This document shows positions 44,077 through 53,051 of a DNA stretch of 64,000 nucleotides, piece after piece. The stretch comes from an uncultured Gammaproteobacteria bacterium (GTDB lineage Bacteria > Patescibacteriota > Microgenomatia > PFEM01 > DATLAM01), in assembly GCA_964566925.1 (NCBI GenBank), contig CAZMIZ010000001.1, forward strand, positions 7,248-71,247, in the 5' to 3' direction. A program made the translations under genes and the position numbers. How positions within the stretch are numbered: position 1 is the stretch's first letter; each line of letters begins with the position of its first letter. The notes under the pieces are model-generated. The model searched no databases. It was not told where the DNA came from and saw only the letters and a program-made list of their open reading frames with translations.

Positions 44077-45102
44077 CTAACTTTTCTTCCTTGGCAACTC
44101 CAATTTTCCTGCTTTTGCCTCTTTCCAAATTTCTCTTTCAAGTTGTTTCGTCACTTTGGGGTGTTCTTGGAGAAAAATTTTAGCGGCTTCCCGACCTTGA
44201 CCAAGCATGGTTTTGCCAAATTTAAAGAAAGCACCCGATTTCTCCACGGCGCCTAGATCAACCGCTAAATCCAAAATATCGCCTGTTTTAGAAATTCCGC
44301 CCACGTTCATAATGTCAAATTCGGCCACCCTAAAGGGAGGAGCCACCTTATTTTTAATCACTCGAGCGCGATGACGAGAGCCGATAGCGGTGTCACCATC
44401 TTTTAAAGTTCCTATTTTCCTCAGATCAATCCTGACTGAAGAATAAAATTTTAAAGCTAAACCACCTGGCGTAGTTTCCGGATTGCCAAACATTACCCCG
44501 ATTTTGTGACGAATTTGATTGGTAAAAATCACCACTGTTTTTGATTTAGAAATGGCCGCCGCTAATTTCCTCAAAGCTTGAGACATCAGTCTTGCCTGAA
44601 CTCCAATCATGGCGTCACCCATCTCTCCTTCAATTTCCGCCCGAGGCACTAGAGCGGCTACCGAATCAATGGCAATCACGTCCACAGCCCCAGAACGAAC
44701 TAGAGTCTCCACAATCTCTAATGCCTGTTCGCCGGTATCCGGTTGAGAAATTAAAAGATCATCAAGGTTGACCCCAATTGATTCCGCCCGAGCTGGGTCT
44801 AAAGCGTGTTCGGCATCAACAAAAGCCGCCACTCCCCCTATTTTCTGGGCTTCGGCAATAATATGAAGGGCTAAAGTTGTTTTTCCTGAAGCTTCGGGAC
44901 CATAGACTTCCACTACCCGGCCGCGGGGCAAGCCTCCCACGCCCAAGGCAATATCTAGGCCTAGACTGCCAGTGGGGATAACATCAACTTTCTTCACTTC
45001 TCCTTTTCCTCCCAGCTTCATAATCGCCCCTTTACCGTATTGTTTTTCGATCTGTTCCATCGCCATTTTAACGGCGGAAAGCTTTTTCTTATCTTTAGTC
45101 AT
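44077..45102 (-). CDS. recA: Recombinase RecA
   Basis: Walker [10 protein letters not shown] and canonical RecA core motifs throughout. Confidence 0.95.
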   Translation of the reverse strand: MTKDKKKLSAVKMAMEQIEKQYGKGAIMKLGGKGEVKKVDVIPTGSLGLDIALGVGGLPRGRVVEVYGPEASGKTTLALHIIAEAQKIGGVAAFVDAEHALDPARAESIGVNLDDLLISQPDTGEQALEIVETLVRSGAVDVIAIDSVAALVPRAEIEGEMGDAMIGVQARLMSQALRKLAAAISKSKTVVIFTNQIRHKIGVMFGNPETTPGGLALKFYSSVRIDLRKIGTLKDGDTAIGSRHRARVIKNKVAPPFRVAEFDIMNVGGISKTGDILDLAVDLGAVEKSGAFFKFGKTMLGQGREAAKIFLQEHPKVTKQLEREIWKEAKAGKLELPRKKS

Positions 45103-45148
45103 CGCGGTTCAATTTTGGCACAAAATTTGCTAAAATACAAGTGTGGTT

Positions 45149-45215
45149 CGGGGAGTAGTTTAGTGGTAGAATACGCGCCTGTCTGCCGACAGGCAGGCAT
45201 GGGGTGCGTGTGGCC
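45149..45215 (+). pseudogene. Truncated copy of the tRNA-Pro 5' portion (acceptor 5' strand, D arm, anticodon arm, start of the variable loop). It is interrupted by a 20-nt hairpin insert between tRNA positions 31/32 and lacks the T arm and 3' acceptor strand
   Basis: 45149-45178 and 45199-45215 are identical to 45453-45482 and 45483-45499 of the intact tRNA. The insert ctgtctgccgacaggcaggc folds into an 8-bp stem with a GACA (GNRA) tetraloop. Confidence 0.6.
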
Positions 45216-45221
45216 AACAAA

Positions 45222-45467
45222 ATGTGGTTAGTCTATCGCATAACAAATAAGCAGAAAGATTATTCTTATGTAGGGATAACACAAGGCACGGAAAAAAGAC
45301 TGCAAAAACATAACGAAGGGGCAACAAGATCAACAAAACCATATAGACCATTTAATAAGATAGAGGTCATAAAGGCTTGTCCGACTAGAAAAGAGGCACG
45401 ACACTGGGAAAAATATTATAAATCTGGAATCGGCAGAGAACAGCTAAAAACACGGGGAGTAGTTTAG
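45222..45467 (+). CDS. GIY-YIG nuclease-superfamily small protein (YhbQ/UPF0213-like)
   Basis: MWLVYRITNKQKDYSYVGITQGTEKRLQKHNEG is the GIY-(10)-YIG motif with the conserved R and H/N. The last 5 codons and the TAG stop overlap the 5' end of tRNA-Pro. The ORF track begins at GTG 45204; ATG 45222 is preferred. Confidence 0.7.
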   Translation: MWLVYRITNKQKDYSYVGITQGTEKRLQKHNEGATRSTKPYRPFNKIEVIKACPTRKEARHWEKYYKSGIGREQLKTRGVV

Positions 45468-45523
45468 TGGTAGAATACGCGCATGGGGTGCGTGTGGCCC
45501 GAGTTCAATTCTCGGCTCCCCGA
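45453..45523 (+). tRNA. tRNA-Pro (anticodon GGG)
   Basis: Cloverleaf fold: acceptor CGGGGAG/CTCCCCG; D stem GTTT/GAAT; anticodon stem CGCGC/GCGTG with loop ATGGGGT (U33, G37); variable loop TGGC; T stem CCGAG/CTCGG with loop TTCAATT; discriminator A. CCA is not encoded. Confidence 0.85.
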
Positions 45524-45594
45524 CTAAGAGATCTAAAAATTCCTTGCTTGTTATTATAAACATAAAACACCCGGGCGTGGGTAAATAGAATAGA

Positions 45595-46380
45595 GTGGCG
45601 TTTAAACTTATCTATCCGGCTGAACAATCAGGAAAACCGCTTGTTGAAGGCGAGCCAGTTTCACCACAAGATTATTGTGCAATTGAAACAGAGATCGTGT
45701 CTTTAGACGGAATTTCCCGCACACAATACGTCTTACAAGAAAAACGCGGTGGACTCTTCGTTAAGATTAATGCAACCCCTCTTCCTTTAGCGACAGCTAA
45801 GACAAGGTTCTTGGATGTTCTATTTCCAGAAAGAGAAATTTCCGAATTCGGCCATTCCGACCCTCTTAATGTCAGGTTAATGAATGGACGGTGGGTCTGT
45901 TTTGAAGGAAATCCTGAAGAAAGAACAATTTTTAGAAAATTGATCGAAGAACAGCTTGAAAAAGTATGTGACCCTGACGCTCTCCAAAAAAGGTATGGAT
46001 TTCGCTCCTTTAAAATTAAAGAGCTCGGCCCGGAAGACCAAAGATTGGAAGAATTAGTTGAAACTTTGAGAGATGATTGGGGTTCAAAAGACAAAGGTAC
46101 CCTGCCAAAAGCTAAATATTTGGAAACAATTTATGTTTTAAGGCTTGATGAAAACACCCTCCATCAACTCGCCTCCCAAGATTATGGGAAAGAAAAATTT
46201 TGGCTTGGAGTTTTATTCCTTACTAAGTTAAACCCAAGAATCGTGGTCTTCGGTCCACCTGGCAGTTTTACCCTTACTGAAATAGCGTCTGCTGGAGTAG
46301 CCATGGGTGCACCTTTGGAAACTCCGGATGCAACTTTAATTACTCACGAAAGAAAAGAGGTCCAAAGAAAGTTGGCTTAA
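45595..46380 (+). CDS. Hypothetical protein (GTG start)
   Basis: 261-aa ORF immediately downstream of tRNA-Pro. No recognisable motif. Confidence 0.4.
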   Translation: MAFKLIYPAEQSGKPLVEGEPVSPQDYCAIETEIVSLDGISRTQYVLQEKRGGLFVKINATPLPLATAKTRFLDVLFPEREISEFGHSDPLNVRLMNGRWVCFEGNPEERTIFRKLIEEQLEKVCDPDALQKRYGFRSFKIKELGPEDQRLEELVETLRDDWGSKDKGTLPKAKYLETIYVLRLDENTLHQLASQDYGKEKFWLGVLFLTKLNPRIVVFGPPGSFTLTEIASAGVAMGAPLETPDATLITHERKEVQRKLA

Positions 46381-46404
46381 CAAAATTGTAACCTCGGTGT
46401 AATC

Positions 46405-47427
46405 TTGAGAGTCTCTCCTTGTTTTGGTAAAATTGCGCCAAAGATGAAGGCTAAGATCTCCGAAGTTAAAAAAACGCTTGAAACTGCCTTGGTTAAACAT
46501 GGTGCCTCTAAAGAGGAAGCAAAAATAATTGCCGACGAATATTTAGAAGGCGAGCTTCAAGGAAAAACCTCTCATGGCTTAATGGCTTTTCCTTCATTGG
46601 TCAAAAAACTTACTGGAAAAAGGAAAAAAATAAAGATAATTAAGAAAACCAACGCCATTATCTTTTTAGACGCTAATGAGAATATCGGCGCTTTTGTTGG
46701 AGAGCAGGCAGCCAATTTAGCCATTAAAATGGCCCAAAAAGAAGGTTTAGCTCTTGCTTTAATAAAAAATATGATTACCTGGTTAAGGCCAGGCACCGTC
46801 GCTAAAAAAATTGCTGACAAGGGTTATCTTGCTTTAGTAATTAACAATGGCGGCAAACCGATGGTTGCTCCACCAGGCGGTTATGAGCCAATGATTGGCA
46901 CTAACCCAATCGGGGTCGGGATTCCTACTGCAAAAGAGCCTTTTCTCGCTGACATGGCCACCTCTGTTAGAGCCTGGGGCGAAGTTAGGAAAGCAGAAAA
47001 AACAGGCAAGAATTTACCTAAGAATTCATATTATGATAATCAAGGAAAGTTTGCCGTTAAAGCGCAAGATGCCTATTCTGCTCTGCCTGCAGGAGGCTAC
47101 AAGGGTTTCGCTTTAGGATTTCTAATAGAAATTTTAACAGGTTCGCTTCTTGGCTTGTTAATGGGCCCCCAACAGATGAAAGGCGACTACAGAATACTAA
47201 CCCGAGGTGGTTTTATTTTAGTCATCGATCCTCGAAAAATAACCAGACTGGAGGATTTTAAAAAAGCTAATACCAATCTTGTTAAGGAAATAAAAAAATC
47301 CAAAAAATTAAAGGGGGTTAAAGAGGTTTTTGTTCCTGGAGAAAGAGCAATGAGAACTAGAAAAGAAAATATAAAGAGAGGGTCTTTGGAAGTTAATGAT
47401 GAACTTTGGACAGAAATTAAAAAATGA
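46405..47427 (+). CDS. Ldh_2-family (malate/L-lactate/sulfolactate dehydrogenase-like) oxidoreductase
   Basis: N-terminal LEGELQGKTSHGL and the pattern of Gly-rich segments match Ldh_2 (PF02615). The start may be the internal ATG at 46444. Confidence 0.55.
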   Translation: MRVSPCFGKIAPKMKAKISEVKKTLETALVKHGASKEEAKIIADEYLEGELQGKTSHGLMAFPSLVKKLTGKRKKIKIIKKTNAIIFLDANENIGAFVGEQAANLAIKMAQKEGLALALIKNMITWLRPGTVAKKIADKGYLALVINNGGKPMVAPPGGYEPMIGTNPIGVGIPTAKEPFLADMATSVRAWGEVRKAEKTGKNLPKNSYYDNQGKFAVKAQDAYSALPAGGYKGFALGFLIEILTGSLLGLLMGPQQMKGDYRILTRGGFILVIDPRKITRLEDFKKANTNLVKEIKKSKKLKGVKEVFVPGERAMRTRKENIKRGSLEVNDELWTEIKK

Positions 47428-47822
47428 AAAAAGTGGTTTTGGGAATCATCTCTCGGAAAAACAAAAAAAGTGAGGAAGAATATCTTTTAGTTAGTACTCC
47501 AAAAGATTTTGGTCAGTATACTGGCTTTTATTACCCTCCTGGTGGTCATCTCAGAAAGGGTGAATCCGAAAAGCAGGCATTAATCCGAGAACTCAAAGAA
47601 GAACTTAATCTTTTGATCGAACCCTCTAAAAAAATTGCTGAAACTCCCGGTGATATTAAGGGGGAAAGAGACTCCTGGTGGCTCTGCCAAATCAAAGGAG
47701 GAAAGTTAAAGGCTAGAAAAGGGGAGATTGTTAAGGCAGACTATTTTAGCCAAGGAGAAATGGCAAAAATGAACCTCTGGCCCGCCACTAGAAAATTTTT
47801 TAAAAAATATATGCTAAAATGA
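47424..47822 (+). CDS. NUDIX hydrolase
   Basis: Nudix box GGHLRKGESEKQALIRELKEELNL (Gx5Ex7REUxEExGU). Confidence 0.75.
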   Translation: MKKVVLGIISRKNKKSEEEYLLVSTPKDFGQYTGFYYPPGGHLRKGESEKQALIRELKEELNLLIEPSKKIAETPGDIKGERDSWWLCQIKGGKLKARKGEIVKADYFSQGEMAKMNLWPATRKFFKKYMLK

Positions 47823-48151
47823 TGGTGTTAGGAGGTAAGATGGAAAAACAAACAAAGATAACTTATTTACTCTTAGTTGGCGGAGTAGTGGGTTCAATTA
47901 TTCACAATCTTATTTATGGCTCCCTTGGCGTTGAGGAGCCGGTCTTTTTCTTTGTCAGTGTTTTCTCTTTCCTAGCTTTTTTTGCCTCTATCCCTTTTAA
48001 CCTTTTCACCTACAAAACAAAAGGTAAGCCTAAAGACCTTTGGAAATTGGGGTGGTTGGGAATATTAGGATTAGTTGGCCTTTTACCTAACTTCGGCCCA
48101 GGTTTTTACGGCCTTTATGGCTTCTTTGGATTCTTTGGTTTTAAAAAATAA
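47819..48151 (+). CDS. Small membrane protein (2-3 TM)
   Basis: 110 aa, hydrophobic with a Gly/Phe-rich C-terminus. Confidence 0.35.
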   Translation: MMVLGGKMEKQTKITYLLLVGGVVGSIIHNLIYGSLGVEEPVFFFVSVFSFLAFFASIPFNLFTYKTKGKPKDLWKLGWLGILGLVGLLPNFGPGFYGLYGFFGFFGFKK

Positions 48152-48153
48152 AA

Positions 48154-48942
48154 ATGGCAAACAGTCTGAAGATTAAGAAACCATTCGTCTCGGCCATTGT
48201 TCCTTGTTTTAATGAGGCAATGTGGGCCGCCGAAGGAATCAAGGGGCTCTTAGCTTGCCCCTTGGTCAATGAAGTCATTGCCGTCAATGATGGCTCAACT
48301 GATAGGACCCTTAAGGTTTTAAACCAATTCAAAAACCAAATCAAAATCATCAGCTACCAGAAAAATAGAGGTAAAGGCTATGCCTTAACTGCCGGCCTTA
48401 AAAAAGCTCAAGGAGACATTGTTGTTTTTATGGACGCCCACCATCTTAATATTCAAAACAGCCATATCAGAATTCTCACCGAGCCTTTAATTAAGAATCA
48501 GGCTGATGTTGTCCTGGGCACCACCGAAGAGCCGCCGCCAGATATCTGCTGGCGGTTCACTGGCTTCCGCGCTTATCGAAAAAAAGACCTTCTTCCCTTT
48601 TTAAATAAGCTAGAGGAAACCAGGTTTGGAGTGGAAATTCACCTCAATGAACTTTTTAAAGGCAAAAGGAGAAAAGTAGTCAAGCCGAAAGGGTTGGTCC
48701 ATTTAGGAAAACATCAGAAAATGCCCCTTTCCCAAATTCCCAGCGCTTCAGTTAATCAACTAATTGAAATGGCCTATGCCTTGATGCAAACTAAGGGAAT
48801 GCCACCCCAAAAGATCAAGCAAGCTCTTGATCCTCAAAAAATTAAGTCCTTAAAATCTTTTCAAAAAGCAATTGAGAAAATTAAAGACCAAGATCTCTTC
48901 AATTACTTAAAGAAATATCTATTGATCTACCTTAAAGAATAA
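48154..48942 (+). CDS. Family-2 glycosyltransferase
   Basis: SAIVPCFNE...VNDGSTDRT and the DAH motif are typical of the GT-A fold GT2 family. Confidence 0.75.
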   Translation: MANSLKIKKPFVSAIVPCFNEAMWAAEGIKGLLACPLVNEVIAVNDGSTDRTLKVLNQFKNQIKIISYQKNRGKGYALTAGLKKAQGDIVVFMDAHHLNIQNSHIRILTEPLIKNQADVVLGTTEEPPPDICWRFTGFRAYRKKDLLPFLNKLEETRFGVEIHLNELFKGKRRKVVKPKGLVHLGKHQKMPLSQIPSASVNQLIEMAYALMQTKGMPPQKIKQALDPQKIKSLKSFQKAIEKIKDQDLFNYLKKYLLIYLKE

Positions 48943-48948
48943 AGAAGG

Positions 48949-49404
48949 CTATCGTTTGGGGCTTTGTTTTTTCTTCCTCGCTCGACCCATTTGGCCGGCT
49001 TTTCGCCGCTCCTTCATCCGATCATCGCGAGTTAAAAGCTTGTGTTTTTTAAGAGGTTGATGATAAAGATTCTTGTTTTCTCTATCAAGAGCGCGGGCCA
49101 GCCCGTGAACCACCGCTCGCAACTGACCGTCTTTACCCGACCCTCTCACCTTAATGGTAGCGTAATATTTCCCTACTGTCTTCGTCAGCTGAAAAGGCTT
49201 AGTGTAGATAATTTTGGCAACTTTGCCTGGAAAGTACTCTCCAATCAGTTTATTATTAACTATCGTTTCTTTTTTTCCTTTAAAAAGCCGGATTCTCGCC
49301 GAGGCAGTCTTCCGACCGCCAGTCGCAAAAACATAGTCTTTCTCCCGAGACTTAATCCTAGATTTTTTAGTTTTACTTGATTTAGTCGCTTTTTTGGTAG
49401 CCAT
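48949..49404 (-). CDS. rpsI: 30S ribosomal protein S9 (N-terminal Lys-rich extension)
   Basis: The C-terminal ...RKAGQMGRARKKKQSPKR is the S9 signature. Confidence 0.9.
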   Translation of the reverse strand: MATKKATKSSKTKKSRIKSREKDYVFATGGRKTASARIRLFKGKKETIVNNKLIGEYFPGKVAKIIYTKPFQLTKTVGKYYATIKVRGSGKDGQLRAVVHGLARALDRENKNLYHQPLKKHKLLTRDDRMKERRKAGQMGRARKKKQSPKR

Positions 49405-49410
49405 TTTTAA

Positions 49411-49839
49411 TTATGAATGATTATCAATGAATTTTTGATTTTGATAAGGATGTTTCTTGTCGAGATAAATCCGCAATCGAGCCAACCTCTTTTTTCTCAA
49501 TTTATTTTTCGGTAACATCCCAGAAACGGCGTGCTTAACAACTTTAGCCGGGTCTAATTGCATCTGTTTCTCAAAGTTAATTTGCTTAAAACCGCCGGGA
49601 TAACCCGAATGACGATAGTAAAGCTTTTGACTTGCCTTTTTCCCAGTCACCTTGAGATTAGCCGCATTAATCACCACCACCCAGTCGCCACAATCAAGGT
49701 GGTGAACAAAATAAGGTTTATCCTTACCCATTAACAGTTTAGCTAACCTAGTGGCCAGCCGACCTAAGGTTTGATCCTGGGCATCAATTAGATGCCAAGA
49801 ACGTTTAATCTCGCTGGCTTTAGTCGAATGGGTTGTCAT
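49411..49839 (-). CDS. rplM: 50S ribosomal protein L13
   Basis: WHLIDAQDQTLGRLATRLAKLLMGK is the L13 N-terminal signature. Confidence 0.9.
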   Translation of the reverse strand: MTTHSTKASEIKRSWHLIDAQDQTLGRLATRLAKLLMGKDKPYFVHHLDCGDWVVVINAANLKVTGKKASQKLYYRHSGYPGGFKQINFEKQMQLDPAKVVKHAVSGMLPKNKLRKKRLARLRIYLDKKHPYQNQKFIDNHS

Positions 49840-50285
49840 GACTTTCCTTTTTCTTTAGCTCCTTTTCTGGTTTTCTTTGCCTCTTTAGCCTTCTTAACCA
49901 GTTTCTTTTTCTTTGGTTTTTTCTCTTCCTTTTTCTCGATTAGCTCCAATTTAACTATCATTGCATCATCCCCTCGACGGCGGCCCAAGCGAATTATTCG
50001 GGTAAAACCGCCTGGGCGAGATCCAAACCGAGGGGCAACCTCATCAACCAATTTATTAACTGCCTGTTTATTAGCCAAGAAAGCAGCAATCAGACGACGA
50101 GCATGAAGAGTTCCAGTTTTCCCTTGGGTAATCAATTTGTCAACCAAACCTCTGATGGCTTTAGCCTTGCTTTCGGTGGTCTTAATCTCTTCCCGAAGAA
50201 TAAGAGCGTTAATTAGATTTTTGAATAAGGCCTTTCGATGTCCGCTATCGCGGCCCAATTTTTTTCCTTTCACCCGGTGCCGCAT
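49836..50285 (-). CDS. rplQ: 50S ribosomal protein L17 (Lys-rich C-terminal tail)
   Basis: MRHRVKGKKLGRDSGHRKALFKNL is the L17 N-terminus. Confidence 0.9.
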   Translation of the reverse strand: MRHRVKGKKLGRDSGHRKALFKNLINALILREEIKTTESKAKAIRGLVDKLITQGKTGTLHARRLIAAFLANKQAVNKLVDEVAPRFGSRPGGFTRIIRLGRRRGDDAMIVKLELIEKKEEKKPKKKKLVKKAKEAKKTRKGAKEKGKS

Positions 50286-50286
50286 T

Positions 50287-51201
50287 TCATTCCCCCTTTA
50301 AACTGACATCTTTCTCGGCTAAGGCCGCCTGAATAATTTTCGTCGACTTCTCGCCTAAATTCTTCACCTTAGCAATATCTGTTGACTTGGCTGCTGTTAA
50401 ATCGCCAACCGTCTCATAGCCCCCTTTTCTTAAGGCATTGGCGATTCGAGTTGGAAGATTGAGTTCTTCCACCGTTAGCCTAAGCACCTCGCTTGGAAGC
50501 TCCTCTTTTTCTTCCTTGACCGGAGCTTCTTTCGGCTCCACGATCTGATGAAAGAAAGCAGTCAAGATTTTTGCTGACTCTTTAAGAGCCTCGCTGGGAG
50601 AAATGGCCTTATCGGTTGATATTTCCAAAATCAACCGATCAAGATCGGTCCGCCGGCCAACCCGGGTGGCTTCTAATCTGTAATTAACTCTTTTAACCGG
50701 GCTAAAAGAGGCATCAACCGGAATGACACCCAAACCGCCACCTTTTCTTTCTTCTGCAGGCAAATAACCGAAGCCTGACTCGACGACCATCTCTGCTTTG
50801 AGGGTATTTTTTTTATCTGCCAATCGGCCTAAAACTAGTTCCGGATTGACAATTTCGACATCAGCCGGGGCTTTGATGTCGCCAGCTTTTACTTCGCCCG
50901 GTCCGTGAGCTTCGAGCTTCATTTTGGCCGGCTTCTTTCCTTTATATTTAATTCTGATTTGCTTAATGTTCAAAATCAGCTCAACGATATCCTCTCTTAA
51001 TCCTTCTAGGGTGGAAAATTGATGGCGGACACCGGTAATTTTCACTTGGGTCACCGCCGCCCCCGGAAGACTGGTTAAGAGAACTCGACGGAGAGCATTT
51101 CCTAGGGTTTGACCATAACCCTTTTCGAGCGGTTCAAGAATAAACTCGCCGTAATCAGCGGTCTCTTTCTTTGATTTGATACTAAAAATTGGATCGAGCA
51201 T
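50287..51201 (-). CDS. rpoA: DNA-directed RNA polymerase subunit alpha
   Basis: N-terminal dimerisation domain motifs and the C-terminal CTD helix-hairpin-helix (ELNLPTRIANALRKGGYETVGDL). Confidence 0.9.
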   Translation of the reverse strand: MLDPIFSIKSKKETADYGEFILEPLEKGYGQTLGNALRRVLLTSLPGAAVTQVKITGVRHQFSTLEGLREDIVELILNIKQIRIKYKGKKPAKMKLEAHGPGEVKAGDIKAPADVEIVNPELVLGRLADKKNTLKAEMVVESGFGYLPAEERKGGGLGVIPVDASFSPVKRVNYRLEATRVGRRTDLDRLILEISTDKAISPSEALKESAKILTAFFHQIVEPKEAPVKEEKEELPSEVLRLTVEELNLPTRIANALRKGGYETVGDLTAAKSTDIAKVKNLGEKSTKIIQAALAEKDVSLKGE

Positions 51202-51216
51202 GAATACCTCCTTGGT

Positions 51217-51840
51217 TTATCTCGAATAAAATTCAACAATTAAGTGCTCATTGATGTCAGATCCGATTTCTTCCCTTTCAGGAAAGCGGATAACTTTTCC
51301 TACCGCTGCTTTCCTCTCAAGCCATTTAGGAATCTTCTTATCCTTTTCTGCTAAAGCCGTTTTTACCTGACTATTGGTCAACCCTTTCGGGGTAAGACTA
51401 ATCGTTTGCCCGGTTTTTACTTGATAGGAAGCAACATTAACCTTCTTACCATCAACTTGAATGTGCCCATGGCTAATCAGTTGTCTGGCAATTCCTCGCG
51501 AAAGAGTAAAGCCAAGCCGATAGACGACGTTATCTAATCTCCTTTCTAAAAGCCGAAGCAAGGCTTCACCAGTCGCTTCTTTTACTTTAGCTGCTTGCTT
51601 ATAATAACGCCGGAATTGGCGCTCAAGAACACCATAAAGGCGTTTGACTTTCTGCTTTTCTCTAAGCTGAACTCCGAATTCACTTAAACGCCTTCTCCTT
51701 TGTTGTCCGTGCTGTCCTGGAGGAACACCCCCTCGACGCTCAATAGGACATTTTGGCGAAAAACACCGCGATCCTTTTAAAAAAAGCTTAGTTCCTTCTC
51801 TTCGACACAGTCGACATTTAGCATCTTTATAGCGAGCCAC
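51217..51840 (-). CDS. rpsD: 30S ribosomal protein S4
   Basis: [27 protein letters not shown]-terminal zinc-finger region and an S4 domain. Confidence 0.9.
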   Translation of the reverse strand: MARYKDAKCRLCRREGTKLFLKGSRCFSPKCPIERRGGVPPGQHGQQRRRRLSEFGVQLREKQKVKRLYGVLERQFRRYYKQAAKVKEATGEALLRLLERRLDNVVYRLGFTLSRGIARQLISHGHIQVDGKKVNVASYQVKTGQTISLTPKGLTNSQVKTALAEKDKKIPKWLERKAAVGKVIRFPEREEIGSDINEHLIVEFYSR

Positions 51841-51842
51841 GA

Positions 51843-52238
51843 TTATCCTCTCTTCCTTTTCTTGGGTCGAGGGCCATTATGGGGAATAGGCGTTACATCG
51901 GCAATCAGGCTCATCTTCAAACCTGCGGCTTTAATCGCCCGTAAAGCCGAATCTCTACCCGGCCCTGGACCTTTAATATAGACTTCCACCTCTTTAACTC
52001 CATGGGTAAGAACCTTTTTAGCAGCTGCTTCCACCGCTGTGGTGGCCGCAAATGGGGTCGACTTACGGGCTCCTTTAAAACCGGTCGTTCCCGCCGAACC
52101 CCAACAAATCGTATTCCCTTTGATATCAGTAAAAGTCACCAAGGTGTTATTAAACGTAGCGCTGACATACGCCCTAGCCTTAGCTAAATCTCGAGTAATT
52201 TTTGCTGATTTCTTCTTTTTTTGACTTTTTTTAGCCAT
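51843..52238 (-). CDS. rpsK: 30S ribosomal protein S11
   Basis: [28 protein letters not shown] is the S11 core. Confidence 0.9.
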   Translation of the reverse strand: MAKKSQKKKKSAKITRDLAKARAYVSATFNNTLVTFTDIKGNTICWGSAGTTGFKGARKSTPFAATTAVEAAAKKVLTHGVKEVEVYIKGPGPGRDSALRAIKAAGLKMSLIADVTPIPHNGPRPKKRKRG

Positions 52239-52243
52239 CTTAA

Positions 52244-52669
52244 TTATTCTTCGCTTCCTTCTTTAATTTTTGACTGTTTCGTCTGGTCCAGCCTGGTTAA
52301 ATCTTTTTTCCGCATCGCCCCAATGGTCACCCTCTTACCTCTTTTCGTCCGAGCATTAGAACGTGTCCTCTGTCCTCGAGCCGGCAAATTTTGACTATGA
52401 CGCAAGCCTCGGTAGCTACCAGTTGATTTTAGGCGTTTAATATTTTCTGCCACTTGTTTACGCAATGTCCCCTCAGTTGGCAACCTATCAACTGCCTTTT
52501 GCAACCTAACCACCTCTTCACCGGTCAGGTTTTTCACCCGAGTGTCGGGATCAACTTTGGCTGAATTTAAAATCTTAATCACATTCCGGCGGCCAATTCC
52601 AAAGATGGCCGTCAAGCCAATATCGACCCTCTTTTCTCCAGGTAAATCAACTCCGGCAATTCTTGGCAT
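52244..52669 (-). CDS. rpsM: 30S ribosomal protein S13 (extended basic C-terminus)
   Basis: [29 protein letters not shown] is the S13 N-terminus. Confidence 0.9.
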   Translation of the reverse strand: MPRIAGVDLPGEKRVDIGLTAIFGIGRRNVIKILNSAKVDPDTRVKNLTGEEVVRLQKAVDRLPTEGTLRKQVAENIKRLKSTGSYRGLRHSQNLPARGQRTRSNARTKRGKRVTIGAMRKKDLTRLDQTKQSKIKEGSEE

Positions 52670-52677
52670 ATTCCTTC

Positions 52678-52791
52678 CTATCCTTGTCTTTGTTTATGTT
52701 TTGGGTTTTCGCAAATAATGTAAACTCGTCCGCGCCGACGGACAACTTTACATTTCGAACAGCGCTTTTTAACACTCGCTTTTACCTTCAT
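52678..52791 (-). CDS. rpmJ: 50S ribosomal protein L36 (absent from the ORF track)
   Basis: Translation: [37 protein letters not shown]. It has the C..C...C..H zinc ribbon. Its ATG shares the A of the infA TAA stop (TAATG). Confidence 0.8.
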   Translation of the reverse strand: MKVKASVKKRCSKCKVVRRRGRVYIICENPKHKQRQG

Positions 52792-53009
52792 TATTTTAAT
52801 CTGTAAACAATTCTTCCTTTCTTTTCATCATAGGGCGTCAGCTCAACCTTAACCTTGTCGCCCGGCATTACTTTCACTCGATGGATCCGCATCTTGCCGG
52901 AAAGATGGCAGAGAATTTCTCTTCCCTCATCAAGATTGACCCGAAACATGGTGTTGGGTAAAGCTTCGGTTACCACCCCTTCCGCTTCAGTTTTATCTTT
53001 ATGTGTCAT
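52791..53009 (-). CDS. infA: Translation initiation factor IF-1
   Basis: [31 protein letters not shown]...[18 protein letters not shown] is an S1-like OB fold. The start is trimmed to ATG 53009. Confidence 0.85.
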   Translation of the reverse strand: MTHKDKTEAEGVVTEALPNTMFRVNLDEGREILCHLSGKMRIHRVKVMPGDKVKVELTPYDEKKGRIVYRLK

Positions 53010-53051
53010 AAACGAGACTAATTTTAACAAAATTTCTGCCTTGATTCAAGG

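Noticed and set aside
45103-45148. recA promoter call in the 46-nt recA/tRNA-fragment spacer
   Set aside because: Only weak TTGTAT/CAAAAT-like boxes with poor spacing to the start codon. Not reported as a feature.
45179-45198. 20-nt insert in the upstream tRNA-Pro fragment as a bona fide tRNA intron
   Set aside because: It sits between positions 31/32 (5' of the anticodon loop), not at the canonical 37/38 site. The fragment also lacks a T arm and 3' acceptor strand, so no spliced product could be a functional tRNA.
45204-45221. GTG-initiated N-terminal extension of the GIY-YIG ORF (MRVANK...)
   Set aside because: The extension is encoded by the duplicated tRNA-fragment sequence. The ATG at 45222 is immediately followed by the conserved WLVYRI GIY motif, so the shorter gene is preferred.
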